A stretch of 64,000 bases of DNA from a bacterium (lineage in GTDB: Bacteria > Bacillota > Clostridia > Lachnospirales > Lachnospiraceae): positions 6,139 to 70,138 of the forward strand of contig CAVBBL010000006.1 in NCBI GenBank assembly GCA_963593905.1, written 5' to 3'. Positions 1 to 8,178 of this stretch are shown one piece after another (the stretch's first letter is position 1; each line of letters begins with the position of its first letter). The notes beneath the pieces are model-generated. The model had not been told where the DNA came from. It did not search any database and saw nothing but the letters and a program-made list of their open reading frames with translations. Position numbers and translations under genes: made by a program.

Positions 1-1422
1 GATAGTGTGGTGATGTCTGCCGTCATTGACGCTGTCTGCAGAGGAAGCGCTCTCCGTCTTCGCGGTGTCCGCAGAGGCAGATGTTCCAGCATCGGTGTTC
101 TCGGCGGAGCTTGATGCGGATGCGCTGGCATCCGTGGTCTCGCCGGAACTGCTTGCAGACGCATTCGCATTAGTGGTCTCGCCGGAGACTGATGCAGATG
201 CATTGGCATCGGTGGTCTCGCCGGAACCTGATGTGGACGCATTGGCATTCTCATTAGAGTCGGCTGTCGTATTGTTATCTGTTGCTGTAGAGGCTCCCGC
301 ATTGCTGCCGGTTCCTGCATTCTCTGTATTGGTATTGGTGTTGGTACTACTGTTTTCTGTGGCTGCTGCGCTGCTGTTATTCTCAGCCGTTGTAGTGTTA
401 TCCACGGATGTGGTATTTTCTGCAGGAGCAGTGCTTTCTGCAGATGTGTTGTTATCTGCAGGCTGTGTTACCTGTGCCGTCTGCTGGAAAGCAGCCTCTG
501 CCTCTGCCAGCTGCGCGCGCAGTTCCTCCAGTTTCTTAGCTTTTTCGTCCTTAGCCTGCTGAATCTCCTCTTCAGACATCGGAACCATCTGGCCTTCTTC
601 ATAGCCGCAGATCAAAGTCTTCTCCGTAGTAGTCTGCGCTTCGATCGTCTTCTCTGTTTTACAGCTGTCATCATGCGTGTGCTCATCCTGGCCGCAGGTC
701 AGTGTCTTCTCCTCACTGCCCTCTTCCTGGGTATAGCACTCATCACTATGGGTATGCTCAGACTTGCCGCAGGTAATCTCCGTCTCGGTTTTAGCCGGCT
801 CGGTCTCTACCGTCTTCTCCTCATAGCAGGCATCCGTATGATGATGCTCCTTCTGCGTGGGAATCTCCTGATTTTCCAGCTCTGTGATCTGCTTATTCAG
901 CTCCTCGATGCGGGATGCATTGGAGGAATCTGTGCCGGTATTGCCGCTGTTGTCAGAGGAGCCTGTATTGGAATCAGCGGAAGAAGTGTTTCCACCGTTA
1001 TTGGTATTGCTGTCTGACGCAGTGCCGCTGCCGGATGCAGAGCTGTTACTAGATGTGCTGCTGTCAGTTATACCACTCGTACCGGCAGAAGAAGCGCTCT
1101 CTGCAGTCCCGGAAGTATCTTTTCCATTGGCCGCATCATAGGCCGCTGCCGCTGCTGCATCAATAATCTGCCCCTCTGTAAAGCCACAAATCAGGTCCGC
1201 CTCATTTACTTCATAGCAGCCCTCTTTCAGGGAGTGCTCATGTTCCTCCAGGCCGCATACATAGTCAGCATCCCCAGACATAGCCACGCCGGTTCTGTGA
1301 AGCTGCCAGTTCACAATCAGCACGGTGATCAGGGCAAGGACACCCACCACCGACGCATAGCGGCAGAAGTGCTTGTGCTCCTTTTGAAACTTATGAAGAT
1401 ATTCCTGCATAGTATTTTTCAT
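1..1422 (-). CDS. Partial CDS (C-terminus beyond window): N-terminally TM-anchored Ser/Thr/Asn-rich surface protein with repeated Cys/His motif
   Basis: The minus-strand frame is open from the ATG at 1422 to base 1. An in-frame ATG at 1434 overlaps the upstream TAA. It is missing from the ORF track because no stop lies in the window. My translation is MKNTMQEYLHKFQKEHKHFCRYASVVGVLALITVLIVNW (one TM helix). That is followed by VCGLEEHEHSLKEGCY, TCGKSEHTHSDECY and TCGQDEHTHDDSC, then long S/T/N/A low complexity. A GGGGG SD lies 6 nt upstream of 1422. Confidence 0.7.
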   Translation of the reverse strand, partial: MKNTMQEYLHKFQKEHKHFCRYASVVGVLALITVLIVNWQLHRTGVAMSGDADYVCGLEEHEHSLKEGCYEVNEADLICGFTEGQIIDAAAAAAYDAANGKDTSGTAESASSAGTSGITDSSTSSNSSASGSGTASDSNTNNGGNTSSADSNTGSSDNSGNTGTDSSNASRIEELNKQITELENQEIPTQKEHHHTDACYEEKTVETEPAKTETEITCGKSEHTHSDECYTQEEGSEEKTLTCGQDEHTHDDSCKTEKTIEAQTTTEKTLICGYEEGQMVPMSEEEIQQAKDEKAKKLEELRAQLAEAEAAFQQTAQVTQPADNNTSAESTAPAENTTSVDNTTTAENNSSAAATENSSTNTNTNTENAGTGSNAGASTATDNNTTADSNENANASTSGSGETTDANASASVSGETTNANASASSSGETTDASASASSSAENTDAGTSASADTAKTESASSADSVNDGRHHHTI

Positions 1423-1433
1423 AACAGCCCCCA

Positions 1434-1844
1434 TTAATTCTCAGAATCATGGTTAATGTTTGCTTTGGCGATTGCCTCTCTGACGGCCTGCTCTGCTTCC
1501 TTTGTAATCCTGTCTGCTTTCTGCCTGGCCTCTTCTATAATCTGCGCAGCCTCCTGATCTGCTTTCTCCCGAATCTCTCTGGAATAATCCTCCTGATCCG
1601 GTATAGCTGCTCGAATGTCTTCTCTGTATGCCTCTGCTGCAGCCTCCGCATCGTCATAGACTCCGTGAAGCTTCATACATGCTTCCGCAATAGATTCTGC
1701 TTCCTGCATCGTAGCCTGTCGTCTGCTCAGTTCCTGCTGCAGTGCCTGATTATCCTGTCGCTGCTGACGCTGGCTGAGTTTCAATGCGTAAATGATCTCG
1801 ATCAGTTCCGCCCGGCTCAGCTTCTGTAATCCCTTATCAGCCAC
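1434..1844 (-). CDS. Coiled-coil protein, paralogue of 6144..6647
   Basis: ORF track 1434..1850. The GTG at 1844 has GGAGG 9 nt upstream. It gives (M)ADKGLQKLSRAELIEII, which aligns with MAQKDLRKMSKEELIEII of the paralogue. The rest is charged heptad-like sequence (EAAQIIEEARQKADRITKEAEQAVREAI). Confidence 0.7.
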   Translation of the reverse strand: MADKGLQKLSRAELIEIIYALKLSQRQQRQDNQALQQELSRRQATMQEAESIAEACMKLHGVYDDAEAAAEAYREDIRAAIPDQEDYSREIREKADQEAAQIIEEARQKADRITKEAEQAVREAIAKANINHDSEN

Positions 1845-1964
1845 GGGCACTCACCTCCGTCTGAATTGTTTTCTTCTGCCGTATGTGCTTTTATATATGC
1901 TTTGATGATTTGCAGTTTCCATGAAATCCTTGCATCTATGAACTCCATGGGATTGTTTACCTTA

Positions 1965-2609
1965 CTATTTATCCTGACTGCGCCATGCCGATTCCTTTAA
2001 CTTACAGCGCACGGCGCATCTGGTCCTGCCGCCGGCATTACAAGTAAAGAGGGTCATGTCCCAGTCGTCCGACTGTGAATCCGTGGTCATTTCCTCGATC
2101 TGGGTAGGCTGCAGAGTCTCCACACTGGAAACCTCGTAGATCCACACTTCTCCTTCCATATCGGTAAAGTCCACCTCATCCCCTTCGGCAAGCTGCTTGA
2201 TGGGGCTGAAGTGTCTGGCGTAGTTATGGCCTGCAATCACCAAATCCCTGGTAAAAACAGAGCCGCTGTAGCGACCGGGGGCAATCTTTAATCCCTCGTA
2301 GCTCCACTGTGCCATCACCGGCAATTCCAGTTCCAGAGAAGGCACGGACACATAACCGATATAGTCGTAGCCGTCTATGCTGACTACCGTCATCTCCCGA
2401 TTCTGATCCTCCGGTGCCTCCTGGGCCGGGTCCTCCGGTTCCCTGGCCGTCAGCTCTGTCAGTACCTGTGCGGATGCCTCTTCAGCGCGCTTAGCATCCC
2501 ATTGGTTATAGAGGAAAAGTCCCAGGGACGATACCACCAGCAGTGCACCCAGAATCATGCATACCAGACCGATCCGGGATTTCGTCTTATGCTTTCTTCG
2601 TGTACTCAC
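1965..2609 (-). CDS. Sortase family transpeptidase (second sortase of the locus; class not assignable by eye)
   Basis: It has an N-terminal TM anchor (IGLVCMILGALLVVSSLGLFL), a His motif VIAGHN, a catalytic Cys motif TLFTCN and a downstream Arg (RCAVRCK). Confidence 0.8.
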   Translation of the reverse strand: MSTRRKHKTKSRIGLVCMILGALLVVSSLGLFLYNQWDAKRAEEASAQVLTELTAREPEDPAQEAPEDQNREMTVVSIDGYDYIGYVSVPSLELELPVMAQWSYEGLKIAPGRYSGSVFTRDLVIAGHNYARHFSPIKQLAEGDEVDFTDMEGEVWIYEVSSVETLQPTQIEEMTTDSQSDDWDMTLFTCNAGGRTRCAVRCKLKESAWRSQDK

Positions 2610-2720
2610 TATTGTTCTACCTGTTGGTTTATTTTCACATTATTTTGCAACTATATTATACCATACATAGAGGGAAATTGCAGTGTTCACGCTGGTTTCT
2701 TTAGGATATCTGTACTTTTT

Positions 2721-3539
2721 CTATTTCGTCTTCTTCCTGCCGTTTCTTGCTAATAAGCCCAGAAGCAGCAACAGCAAAAGAGGAGCCGCAATGAAGGGCA
2801 CAATAACGATAGGCTCGATCTGGTAAGCCTCCGCCGTTACATAAATATGAGGAGAATCCTCTGTGGCGATGCGGTGTCCCCGCACCAGCAGGCGGTGGGT
2901 GTTGATACCGTAAGGGGTACAGGTCAGTAATGTGCAGTAGTCCTGTCTCTCCTCGATAGCCAGGTCATCTACATTTTCCGGCAGGACAATGGATATCTGA
3001 TCCACCTCATAGGTCAGGACACGATTTAATACCGTGATGGTGAAGGTATCCCCCTCCTGAAGCTGATCCAGATTCGTAAAAAGCTTGGCGCTGGGAAGTC
3101 CCCTGTGAGCGGAAATCACCGTATGGGTACTCTTACCGCCTACAGGAAGGCTGGAGCCCGGCAAATGTCCTGCCGCTATCGCCAGCACCTGGTCGGAAAT
3201 GCCGTGGTAGATAGGAAGCTGCACCCCTATCTTGTCAATGGTGATATAGCCCATGATGCCGGTGCCGGAGATGTCCAGTGTCTCCTCGTATCCTTCCACC
3301 TGATCCGGATCTCCTAAAGGATTGTCTGCCTTGGCCAGTCGCTGATTATAGTCATCTGCTGCGGCAAAGTAGGCGTCATAATCCTCCTGTGTCATACTCT
3401 CTGCTGTCTCCTGATAGCCGGCCACTGCTCTGGACTGGTTTCTCCGGTTTACTAAATCACTGACGGTGGGATATAACAACACAGACAATCCCACGAAAAA
3501 AATCACTATAAGCGCAATGGTACTTCCATGTTTTTTCAT
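2721..3539 (-). CDS. Class C (pilus-polymerising) sortase
   Basis: It carries TLLTCTPYGINTHRLLVRGHRI, SAHRGLP, an N-terminal TM and a C-terminal TM (VIVPFIAAPLLLLLLLGLL). The ORF track starts at 3620. MKKHGSTIALIV at 3539 is the more likely start. Confidence 0.85.
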   Translation of the reverse strand: MKKHGSTIALIVIFFVGLSVLLYPTVSDLVNRRNQSRAVAGYQETAESMTQEDYDAYFAAADDYNQRLAKADNPLGDPDQVEGYEETLDISGTGIMGYITIDKIGVQLPIYHGISDQVLAIAAGHLPGSSLPVGGKSTHTVISAHRGLPSAKLFTNLDQLQEGDTFTITVLNRVLTYEVDQISIVLPENVDDLAIEERQDYCTLLTCTPYGINTHRLLVRGHRIATEDSPHIYVTAEAYQIEPIVIVPFIAAPLLLLLLLGLLARNGRKKTK

Positions 3540-3639
3540 AGGCTTCTCTCTGCTGCCATTTCCTTTCTGTAAATCTTCCTTAAACATAGCTTTGCCGTGA
3601 ACCCTGCCAGGAGGGCTCACGGTCAGCTTTAAATTGCTT

Positions 3640-5241
3640 CTACTTCTCAGAAGCCTTCATTCTCTTTTTGGTGATCAATGCCACTGCTGCGCCTACTACC
3701 AGCACACCGCCGATGATGTAGAAGATGGTGGTACCGATGCCGCCGGTCTCGGGAAGGGTGGCGCCGGATTTATTGATGATATTCGTAGACAAAGAGCCGG
3801 CACTTTTATCAGGAGTAAATGTAAACTCAATTTCTCCGCTTGCCTCTGTTCCTGTCAGATTTGTGAGCACCTGTGTGCGGTTTTCTCCATCCCATACAGT
3901 GGTATGACCAGCCTCCACTTTAAACTCTATAGGATCGACCAGCTTATTGTAATACTGGGGTGCCTTTGTCTCTGTCAGTCTGTACTGGCCATCATCCAAT
4001 CCGGAAAAGCTAAAGCTCGTGCCGTCGTCGCTCTTCACCAATGCAAGCGTTTTCCACGAATTATCTGCATTCTTTTTCTCCAGCGTAAACTCTGCACCGG
4101 CAAGCTTATTGCTGTCCAATACACTGTTCGCGTATTTATTCACAACTACCTTGTAGGTAAATGCAATGACAGCGTCCCACGGTGTCTTTGCTGTTCCATG
4201 CTGGGCATCAGATGGATTATTGGAATATTCCAGCTGTGCTTTATTAACATTACCACAATTTCCAAGAACTGCATCTTTCGTCAAAGTGGAGTAATATTCT
4301 ACGCGAATCTTAGATCCTGCCTTCACGCTGGGAATATTCTTTAAGTTTGAAAATATCACTTCAAAAGAACATCCGTCACTGGTAGCGGTTTGAATCTGAT
4401 ACTTTGAACTGTCAGTCAGTTCCTGATCATCTACGTAAACCTTAACCTTATTTGCCCCTTCAAAAGAAAGTCCCTTTTCCTCTACATCATGGAATGCAAA
4501 GTAATACTGATCATAGGAATCGTAATCACCCGCCACTGTTCCTTCCAGCTTAAACGGAATAGAGTCGCCGATATCATAATCCGCAGAATCCTGCCAGCCT
4601 GTATATGTGGTACTTTCAGAGTCGTTAATATCCTTGATCTTCTTTTCAAAGTCAGGTGTATCACCGGTCTTAGGTGTAATCGTCAGTGTGCCTACCGCCT
4701 GCACGATAAAAGGAGTTGCGTTCTGTCCCTCGCTTAAAGTCCCATCCTTGTCCTTAATCAGATAGTAGCCGGCAGTGCCTGTGTAACTTGTGCCGTCTTT
4801 GATCTCACCTATAGCTGTGCCGTCTAAATTAACATACTGCTGAATCACAGCCAGCTTCTCAGTATCGCTCTTCCCATTGACAGCCTCTAACGCTTTCAGT
4901 ACTGCCTCATTTACTGTACTGCCTGCTGTGCCGCCTTTTCCGTTTTGACCCCACTTGACATCAGACATCTTCTCGGTGCCATCCTCTGTCGTCTCATATC
5001 TGGCCGTGAAGATCTGATAGATCACATAGGTATGCCCATTGTTAGGTGCCGTAATCGTACATGTCTGTGTATTCGCTGATGCAGTCCCTGTACTATCTCC
5101 CGCATCGGAAACATCTGTAGTTACCGTCTCTGTACTCTCTGTCTGTGTATCACCAGTTTCCGCCGCAAATGCTCCCATTCCCATGGTCAATACCATGGCG
5201 GTGCTCAGCAGCAGAGCCAGTATTCTCTTTCTTCTCTTCAT
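3640..5241 (-). CDS. LPXTG-anchored isopeptide-type backbone pilin (SpaA/SpaH-like)
   Basis: Signal peptide MKRRKRILALLLSTAMVLTMGMGAFA follows GGAGAGGGAGA. It has HTYVIYQIF, a possible pilin-motif Lys in TLTITPK, and an E-box-like YRLTETKAPQYY. The C-terminus is LPETGG plus a hydrophobic stretch plus KKRMK. The ORF track start at 5301 is an upstream extension. Confidence 0.85.
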   Translation of the reverse strand: MKRRKRILALLLSTAMVLTMGMGAFAAETGDTQTESTETVTTDVSDAGDSTGTASANTQTCTITAPNNGHTYVIYQIFTARYETTEDGTEKMSDVKWGQNGKGGTAGSTVNEAVLKALEAVNGKSDTEKLAVIQQYVNLDGTAIGEIKDGTSYTGTAGYYLIKDKDGTLSEGQNATPFIVQAVGTLTITPKTGDTPDFEKKIKDINDSESTTYTGWQDSADYDIGDSIPFKLEGTVAGDYDSYDQYYFAFHDVEEKGLSFEGANKVKVYVDDQELTDSSKYQIQTATSDGCSFEVIFSNLKNIPSVKAGSKIRVEYYSTLTKDAVLGNCGNVNKAQLEYSNNPSDAQHGTAKTPWDAVIAFTYKVVVNKYANSVLDSNKLAGAEFTLEKKNADNSWKTLALVKSDDGTSFSFSGLDDGQYRLTETKAPQYYNKLVDPIEFKVEAGHTTVWDGENRTQVLTNLTGTEASGEIEFTFTPDKSAGSLSTNIINKSGATLPETGGIGTTIFYIIGGVLVVGAAVALITKKRMKASEK

Positions 5242-5449
5242 ACCTGTCTCCCTCTCCTGCAACTTAGTCGCAGGTCTGTTGACTTCTTTTGGTTCCTGCA
5301 ATTAACGTCATCTATGTCCCCCCCGATTTTACGCAGGGGTGAGTTCACATTCATTCACCGGGCTCTGCATATTGACCCATACCAAATGCTGTCATTTGGA
5401 TCACCCGGGTGCAGGTACGAGGTCACCCTGCAGTATAATCTAACTGTAC

Positions 5450-6136
5450 TCAGCGAATGAAGGAAATCCTGTTTAATGGCCAGATCCGCAGAAACACCTT
5501 TCCGGTAATCTGACTTTTTTCTATACAGCCGATGGCACTGCTGCGGCTGTCAATGGAGACACTGCGGTGATCTCCCAATACGAAATAGCGATTTTCCGGC
5601 ACCTGATAAGGGAACTTGATATCACACTCCCCCAGTGCCAGACTGTCCACGTAGGGCTCATCCAAAACTGCGCCGTTTACGCTGACTACGCCGTCGCTGT
5701 TAATATCAATAATGTCACCAGGCGTGCCGATGATCCGCTTGATCAGGAGCTTATTCTGCCAATTAAAGCTGACCAGCTCTCCTGTCTCGAATTTATTGGT
5801 CTTCAGCAGCAGAATAATGTCCTTGTCATAGAGGGTGTGCTCCATACTGTCACCGGATACCTGCAGCACCGGCAAAAAAAGCATCGCCAGCAGTACCGCC
5901 ACGGCCGCCACTACTACCAGGGCATAAACGGTACTTCGGAAGGTATGTCTGTACCTTTTCCGATAAGCCAGTCTGTCGCGTTCTGCCTCGATTTCCTCCA
6001 AAGAAGGAAGGAAATCATCCTCCTCTGGGAGGCTCTCCTCTAGAAATGATTCTTCGGAAAAGCGCAGACTGTCTGTCTCACACTGCTGCGCATCACCTGC
6101 TGTCATCTCATCATACTCTGTCATCTCATCATCCAT
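5450..6136 (-). CDS. Signal peptidase I (S26, P-type) with long acidic N-terminal extension
   Basis: It has SGDSMEHTL (Ser box), LIKRIIGTPGD (Lys box) and GDHRSVSIDSR. About 75 aa of D/E-rich sequence precede the single TM. The start lies 7 nt after the upstream stop. Confidence 0.85.
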   Translation of the reverse strand: MDDEMTEYDEMTAGDAQQCETDSLRFSEESFLEESLPEEDDFLPSLEEIEAERDRLAYRKRYRHTFRSTVYALVVVAAVAVLLAMLFLPVLQVSGDSMEHTLYDKDIILLLKTNKFETGELVSFNWQNKLLIKRIIGTPGDIIDINSDGVVSVNGAVLDEPYVDSLALGECDIKFPYQVPENRYFVLGDHRSVSIDSRSSAIGCIEKSQITGKVFLRIWPLNRISFIR

Positions 6137-6143
6137 TCGATTC

Positions 6144-6647
6144 TCACCCTATTGCAGAAGCCCTGCTTCTCTTATAAATCTCCTGAAGCCTCTCATTCTG
6201 CGTCGCTTTCCGTGACTGCATCTGGCGGTGAGTCTCGCCCCCCCGTTGTTCCTTACTTTCCGAATGGTCCTTTAGGAATTTCTCAATAGCACGCTGTGCT
6301 ATGAACTGAATAGCCGCAGCATCCTGCTCTGCCTCCTGGATCATCTTCTCTGCCCGGACTTTGGCCTGCTTCACCACAGCCTCCGCATAAAGAGCACTGT
6401 CTGCATTGGCTTCCCGTTTGATCTGAGCCTCCCGCTCAGCCTGTTCCTGCGCCTGCTGCAGCAAATCAAGAACCTTCTGTCCGCAGTCCACCAGAGAGCC
6501 TGCATTCTGCAGCGGAATCTGTCTCTGCTGCAACTGCGCCTCCAGCTGCTGTCTTTCTGCCTGCAGGGCATTTTCACACGCCTGCAGCTTGCGGATGATT
6601 TCGATGAGCTCTTCCTTACTCATCTTGCGTAAATCTTTTTGTGCCAT
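6144..6647 (-). CDS. Coiled-coil protein, paralogue of 1434..1844
   Basis: ORF track 6144..6671. The ATG at 6647 is preceded by GGAGTGTGGGGA. MAQKDLRKMSKEELIEIIRKLQ is followed by Q/E/A-rich heptads (AEREAQIKREANADS..AEKMIQEAEQDAAAI). Confidence 0.7.
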   Translation of the reverse strand: MAQKDLRKMSKEELIEIIRKLQACENALQAERQQLEAQLQQRQIPLQNAGSLVDCGQKVLDLLQQAQEQAEREAQIKREANADSALYAEAVVKQAKVRAEKMIQEAEQDAAAIQFIAQRAIEKFLKDHSESKEQRGGETHRQMQSRKATQNERLQEIYKRSRASAIG

Positions 6648-6712
6648 TCCCCACACTCCAAACATCTGCACATAACTATCCGATTATCGTTATTGCACTT
6701 ATGTTACTTTAA

Positions 6713-6741
6713 AATCTACCCTATTACGGCGCCTGCGTCAA
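6713..6741 (-). promoter_or_regulatory. Candidate sigma-A promoter of the pilus operon (TTGACG-17-TAGATT)
   Basis: On the minus strand the -35 TTGACG is at 6741..6736 and the -10 TAGATT at 6718..6713. The spacer is 17 nt. It lies about 65 nt upstream of the 6647 start. Confidence 0.4.
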
Positions 6742-6769
6742 TAATACTTATAGGTGGATAGGATTTGGA

Positions 6770-6826
6770 AAATATAATAAAAGCCCTCCTAAGATCAGGC
6801 AGCAAAAGCTGTGATGAAAGGAGGGC
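6770..6826 (-). terminator. Rho-independent terminator after the AEC transporter gene (copy 1 of a repeated hairpin)
   Basis: The minus sense reads GCCCTCC-TTTCATCACAGCTTTTGCTGCCTGATCTTA-GGAGGGC followed by TTTTATTATATTTT. Confidence 0.55.
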
Positions 6827-6855
6827 AGCGCAGATAGGATGGATGGCATTTCCGT

Positions 6856-7824
6856 TCAGATCCAGTGCATGGTTTCCATCAGGAAAAGCCAGAAGGTAAG
6901 GGTCAATGGCATAAAAATGGTAGTAGCCACACAGATGCTGGCGGTGAGAGTTCCTTTATGACCCATTTGCTTTGCCATGACGTAGCTGGCGGGGGTGGTA
7001 ATGGAGCCCAGCATGACCAGGATACCCACCAGCTTCTCCCCTGTAAAGCCGAAATATACCGCCAGGGGCAGGAAGAAAGCGGGTAAAATGACCAGCTTGA
7101 TCAATGTTGCTATGGCAGTCAGTTTGCCTTCGCTGATGGCATCTTTTCCTTTAAAGCCTGCACCGATGGCAATGAGGGCGATGGGGGAGCTGACATTTCC
7201 CAGCATGGACAAAGTATCCTGCGCTGCTTCCGGAATGGGCAGCCGCAGCAGACTCCATAGAAATCCAAGAGCCAGACCGATAATGATGGGATTGGTCACG
7301 ATCTTATACAGTGTCTGACGAAGCAGTGCACCCAGGTTCTGGGAGCTGCCCTTTCCTTCATATCTGGCCGGACACTCCAGTACCAGAATCAATACAGCGA
7401 AGATATTATAAAGAGGAACGCAGCCCAGAATCATCAAGCCCGACATATCCGCTTTATCATAAATCAGCATCACCAGTGCCACCCCCAGGATGGCTGCGGA
7501 GGAACGATAGGAACCCTGGACGAACTCTCCGATGAGTGTCTTATCCTTCATCAGGTGTCTGGCCAGGAACCAGGTGATCAGGATGCTGGCCAGGGTAACC
7601 GCTGCACAGTATCCCACGTACCCCGCATCAAAGGAGGCCCGTATGTCCGTGCCGGAGAGATCTGAGAAAAGGAGCACCGGCAGGGCGACGTGAAAGACCA
7701 ACTTATTGGCACCGCTCACAAACTCCTCAGAGAGAAAGTTACGGCGGCGCAGGAAATATCCCAGCACCATGAGTGCAAACAAAGGCAGCGTGTGATTTAG
7801 GGAAAAAATAAGATTTGAGAGCAT
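6856..7824 (-). CDS. AEC (auxin efflux carrier) family transporter
   Basis: It is a 322-aa polytopic membrane protein. The N-terminus MLSNLIFSLNHTLPLFALMVLGYFLRR and the two-halves layout are typical of AEC/malate permease-like proteins. Confidence 0.75.
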   Translation of the reverse strand: MLSNLIFSLNHTLPLFALMVLGYFLRRRNFLSEEFVSGANKLVFHVALPVLLFSDLSGTDIRASFDAGYVGYCAAVTLASILITWFLARHLMKDKTLIGEFVQGSYRSSAAILGVALVMLIYDKADMSGLMILGCVPLYNIFAVLILVLECPARYEGKGSSQNLGALLRQTLYKIVTNPIIIGLALGFLWSLLRLPIPEAAQDTLSMLGNVSSPIALIAIGAGFKGKDAISEGKLTAIATLIKLVILPAFFLPLAVYFGFTGEKLVGILVMLGSITTPASYVMAKQMGHKGTLTASICVATTIFMPLTLTFWLFLMETMHWI

Positions 7825-7855
7825 GATTTCGCCTTTCTGCTAATCCACGAGTGAT

Positions 7856-7908
7856 GTGAAAAACCCTCCCGAAAATCAAGCAGTAATAGCTGTGATGAAA
7901 GGAGGGTG
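7856..7908 (-). terminator. Terminator-like hairpin (copy 2) only 32 nt upstream of the AEC start codon
   Basis: The minus sense reads ACCCTCC-TTTCATCACAGCTATTACTGCTTGATTTTCG-GGAGGGT then TTTTCAC. The loop is about 80 percent identical to the 6783..6826 copy. Confidence 0.45.
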
Positions 7909-8033
7909 ATGCGGATATGATGAATTCCATTTCATTGGCAGGATTTGTCCTTGCCGTGTTTGTTTTCGGAGTCGAAGTCGGAAGGTTCGCCTGGAAGGTC
8001 GAGAGACTGACTCGCGAAAAAGAAGATAAATAG

Positions 8034-8084
8034 CATGCGGGAACAAATGATACAAGCACCATTTGTTCCCGCATGTTTTGTTGT
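8034..8084. terminator. Hairpin terminator downstream of metQ (T-rich on both sides)
   Basis: A 16-bp perfect stem CATGCGGGAACAAATG / CATTTGTTCCCGCATG spans 8034..8075. TTTTGTTG follows on the plus strand and CTATTTATCTTCTTTTT on the minus strand. Confidence 0.5.
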
Positions 8085-8178
8085 ATTCCGTGCCGTTATG
8101 CAAACAAACACTCTACTCGCTGCCGTCTGCACTGCAGTGTCCTTGCATTGGCGGCAAAATCCATAAGTGAAATGTTAA

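Noticed and set aside
26-1141. Plus-strand ORFs 26..562, 673..1017 and 884..1141 from the ORF track
   Set aside because: They are low-complexity Ala/Val/Leu/Ser translations antisense to a continuous minus-strand frame. That frame has a credible start, SD, TM helix and motif structure, so I treat these ORFs as shadow ORFs.
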